This document shows positions 62,965 to 64,000 of a stretch of DNA of 64,000 nucleotides, piece by piece. The stretch is from NCBI RefSeq assembly GCF_937912035.1, contig NZ_CALDPF010000055.1:9654-73653 (forward strand), written 5' to 3'. Below the pieces are notes generated by a model. That model searched no databases and was not told where the DNA came from. It saw only the letters and a program-made list of their open reading frames with translations. The stretch comes from an uncultured Bacteroides sp. Lineage in GTDB: Bacteria > Bacteroidota > Bacteroidia > Bacteroidales > Bacteroidaceae. Each line of letters starts with the position of its first letter. The stretch's first letter is position 1. A program made the translations under genes and the position numbers.

Positions 62965-64000
62965 ATGAAAAGGATAGTAATAGAAGCATATTCATTAGAT
63001 ACGCCTTATGTAGGTGTTGGAGAATTTTGTAATAAATTGTTCTCAGGAATAGTAAAAAAATCTAGTTGGTTACGAGAAAACTATGGTATAGAATTGTATT
63101 TTATTGTTTCTCCACATAATAATGGTTGTTTAGGAAATGATGTAAAATATATTTCTGTGAATAAAAAAAAGAGATGGATTCTTCTTTTTTATCCTTTTAG
63201 TATTTCTCTTTTTTATGCACCTCATCAATATTGTAAATGTTTAAAATATATAAGGGCGAAGAGAAAACTGATGACTGTGCATGATGTGAATTTTTTCTAT
63301 GAGAAAACTGGTAGTGATCTTGAACGTGAAATATTTCATTTTAAGAAGAAAGTAAATAAAGTAGATTATATAAACTATATATCAAATTTTTCTCAAGAAG
63401 ATACTGAAAACCATTTTCATACAAATAAGTCATGTGGAGTAATTTATAATGGTGTTACAAATTTATCCGATAAAGTTATTGGACAACAATTTTTTGATAT
63501 TGATTTGCCAAAGAGTTTTATGTTTCACATATCAAGCCTTCTTCCAAAGAAAAATGTTCATTTGTTGATAGAAATGATGGATTATCTTCCAGAACGTAAT
63601 TTATTAATTGTTGGTGATTGGAATCATCCTTATGGTGAGGAAAATATTCAAAGAATAAGGAATTCTAAATATAATAATATATATATACTCAGCAATATTA
63701 CGGAAGATCAGAAAGCATATTTATATTCAAAATGTGAAGCATTTTTGTTTCCTTCTTTATGTGAAGGATTTGGATTACCTCCTATTGAGGCTATGTCATT
63801 TGGAAAACCTGTCTTCCTTTCTAGACTTACTAGTTTGCCAGAAATTGGTGGAGATGTAGCCTTTTATTGGGATGAACTTGAGCCTCAGAAAATGGCGGAA
63901 ATTGTACAAGAGAAAATGATTCTTTTTAATTCTGATAGCAGCTATTCTTATAGAATAAAAGGAAATTCTAAGAAATTCAATTGGGACGATTGTGTGAGGG
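62965..64000 (+). CDS. GT4 glycosyltransferase, runs off the window end, not in ORF track; paralog of 58745-59830
   Basis: Manual translation MKRIVIEAYSLDTPYVGVGEFC ... FHISSLLPKKNVHLL ... FLFPSLCEGFGLPPIEAM ... FNWDDCV. Confidence 0.88.
   Translation, partial: MKRIVIEAYSLDTPYVGVGEFCNKLFSGIVKKSSWLRENYGIELYFIVSPHNNGCLGNDVKYISVNKKKRWILLFYPFSISLFYAPHQYCKCLKYIRAKRKLMTVHDVNFFYEKTGSDLEREIFHFKKKVNKVDYINYISNFSQEDTENHFHTNKSCGVIYNGVTNLSDKVIGQQFFDIDLPKSFMFHISSLLPKKNVHLLIEMMDYLPERNLLIVGDWNHPYGEENIQRIRNSKYNNIYILSNITEDQKAYLYSKCEAFLFPSLCEGFGLPPIEAMSFGKPVFLSRLTSLPEIGGDVAFYWDELEPQKMAEIVQEKMILFNSDSSYSYRIKGNSKKFNWDDCVR

Overview
Chromosomal window from a Bacteroidales bacterium (Bacteroidaceae-like: TAnnTTTG promoters, SusC/SusD, hybrid two-component system). 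Left to right: 3' end of kbl; tRNA-Arg(CCT); korAB; a membrane-anchored TPR/AraC regulator followed by a ~12.5 kb type V (Mfa/Fim) pilus operon (DUF3575, DUF3868/OmpA-like, Mfa1-like major pilin, Mfa2/FimB anchor, five accessory or tip pilins); GH97; cysS; an outer-membrane barrel; a 53-aa peptide gene missing from the ORF track, coupled to an orphan fimbrillin; priA-PHP-LMW-PTP; a ~22 kb polysaccharide utilisation locus (GH136-like, GH2, S1 sulfatase, GH29, HTCS, SusC/D, GH20, GH16) next to an anaerobic sulfatase maturase, whose enzyme set fits sulfated/fucosylated LacNAc host glycans; a 7TM-HDIG hydrolase; gltX; and a surface-glycan cluster (acyltransferase, Stealth, several GTs) running off the right end. 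I found no integrase, transposase, reverse transcriptase, rRNA or CRISPR array. The most unusual items are the peptide+fimbrillin pair, three sequence-unrelated intergenic palindromic arrays with 11/22-bp periodicity, and a perfect 24-bp palindrome formed by the last codons of two convergent genes. All family calls come from motif recognition by eye; no searches were run.
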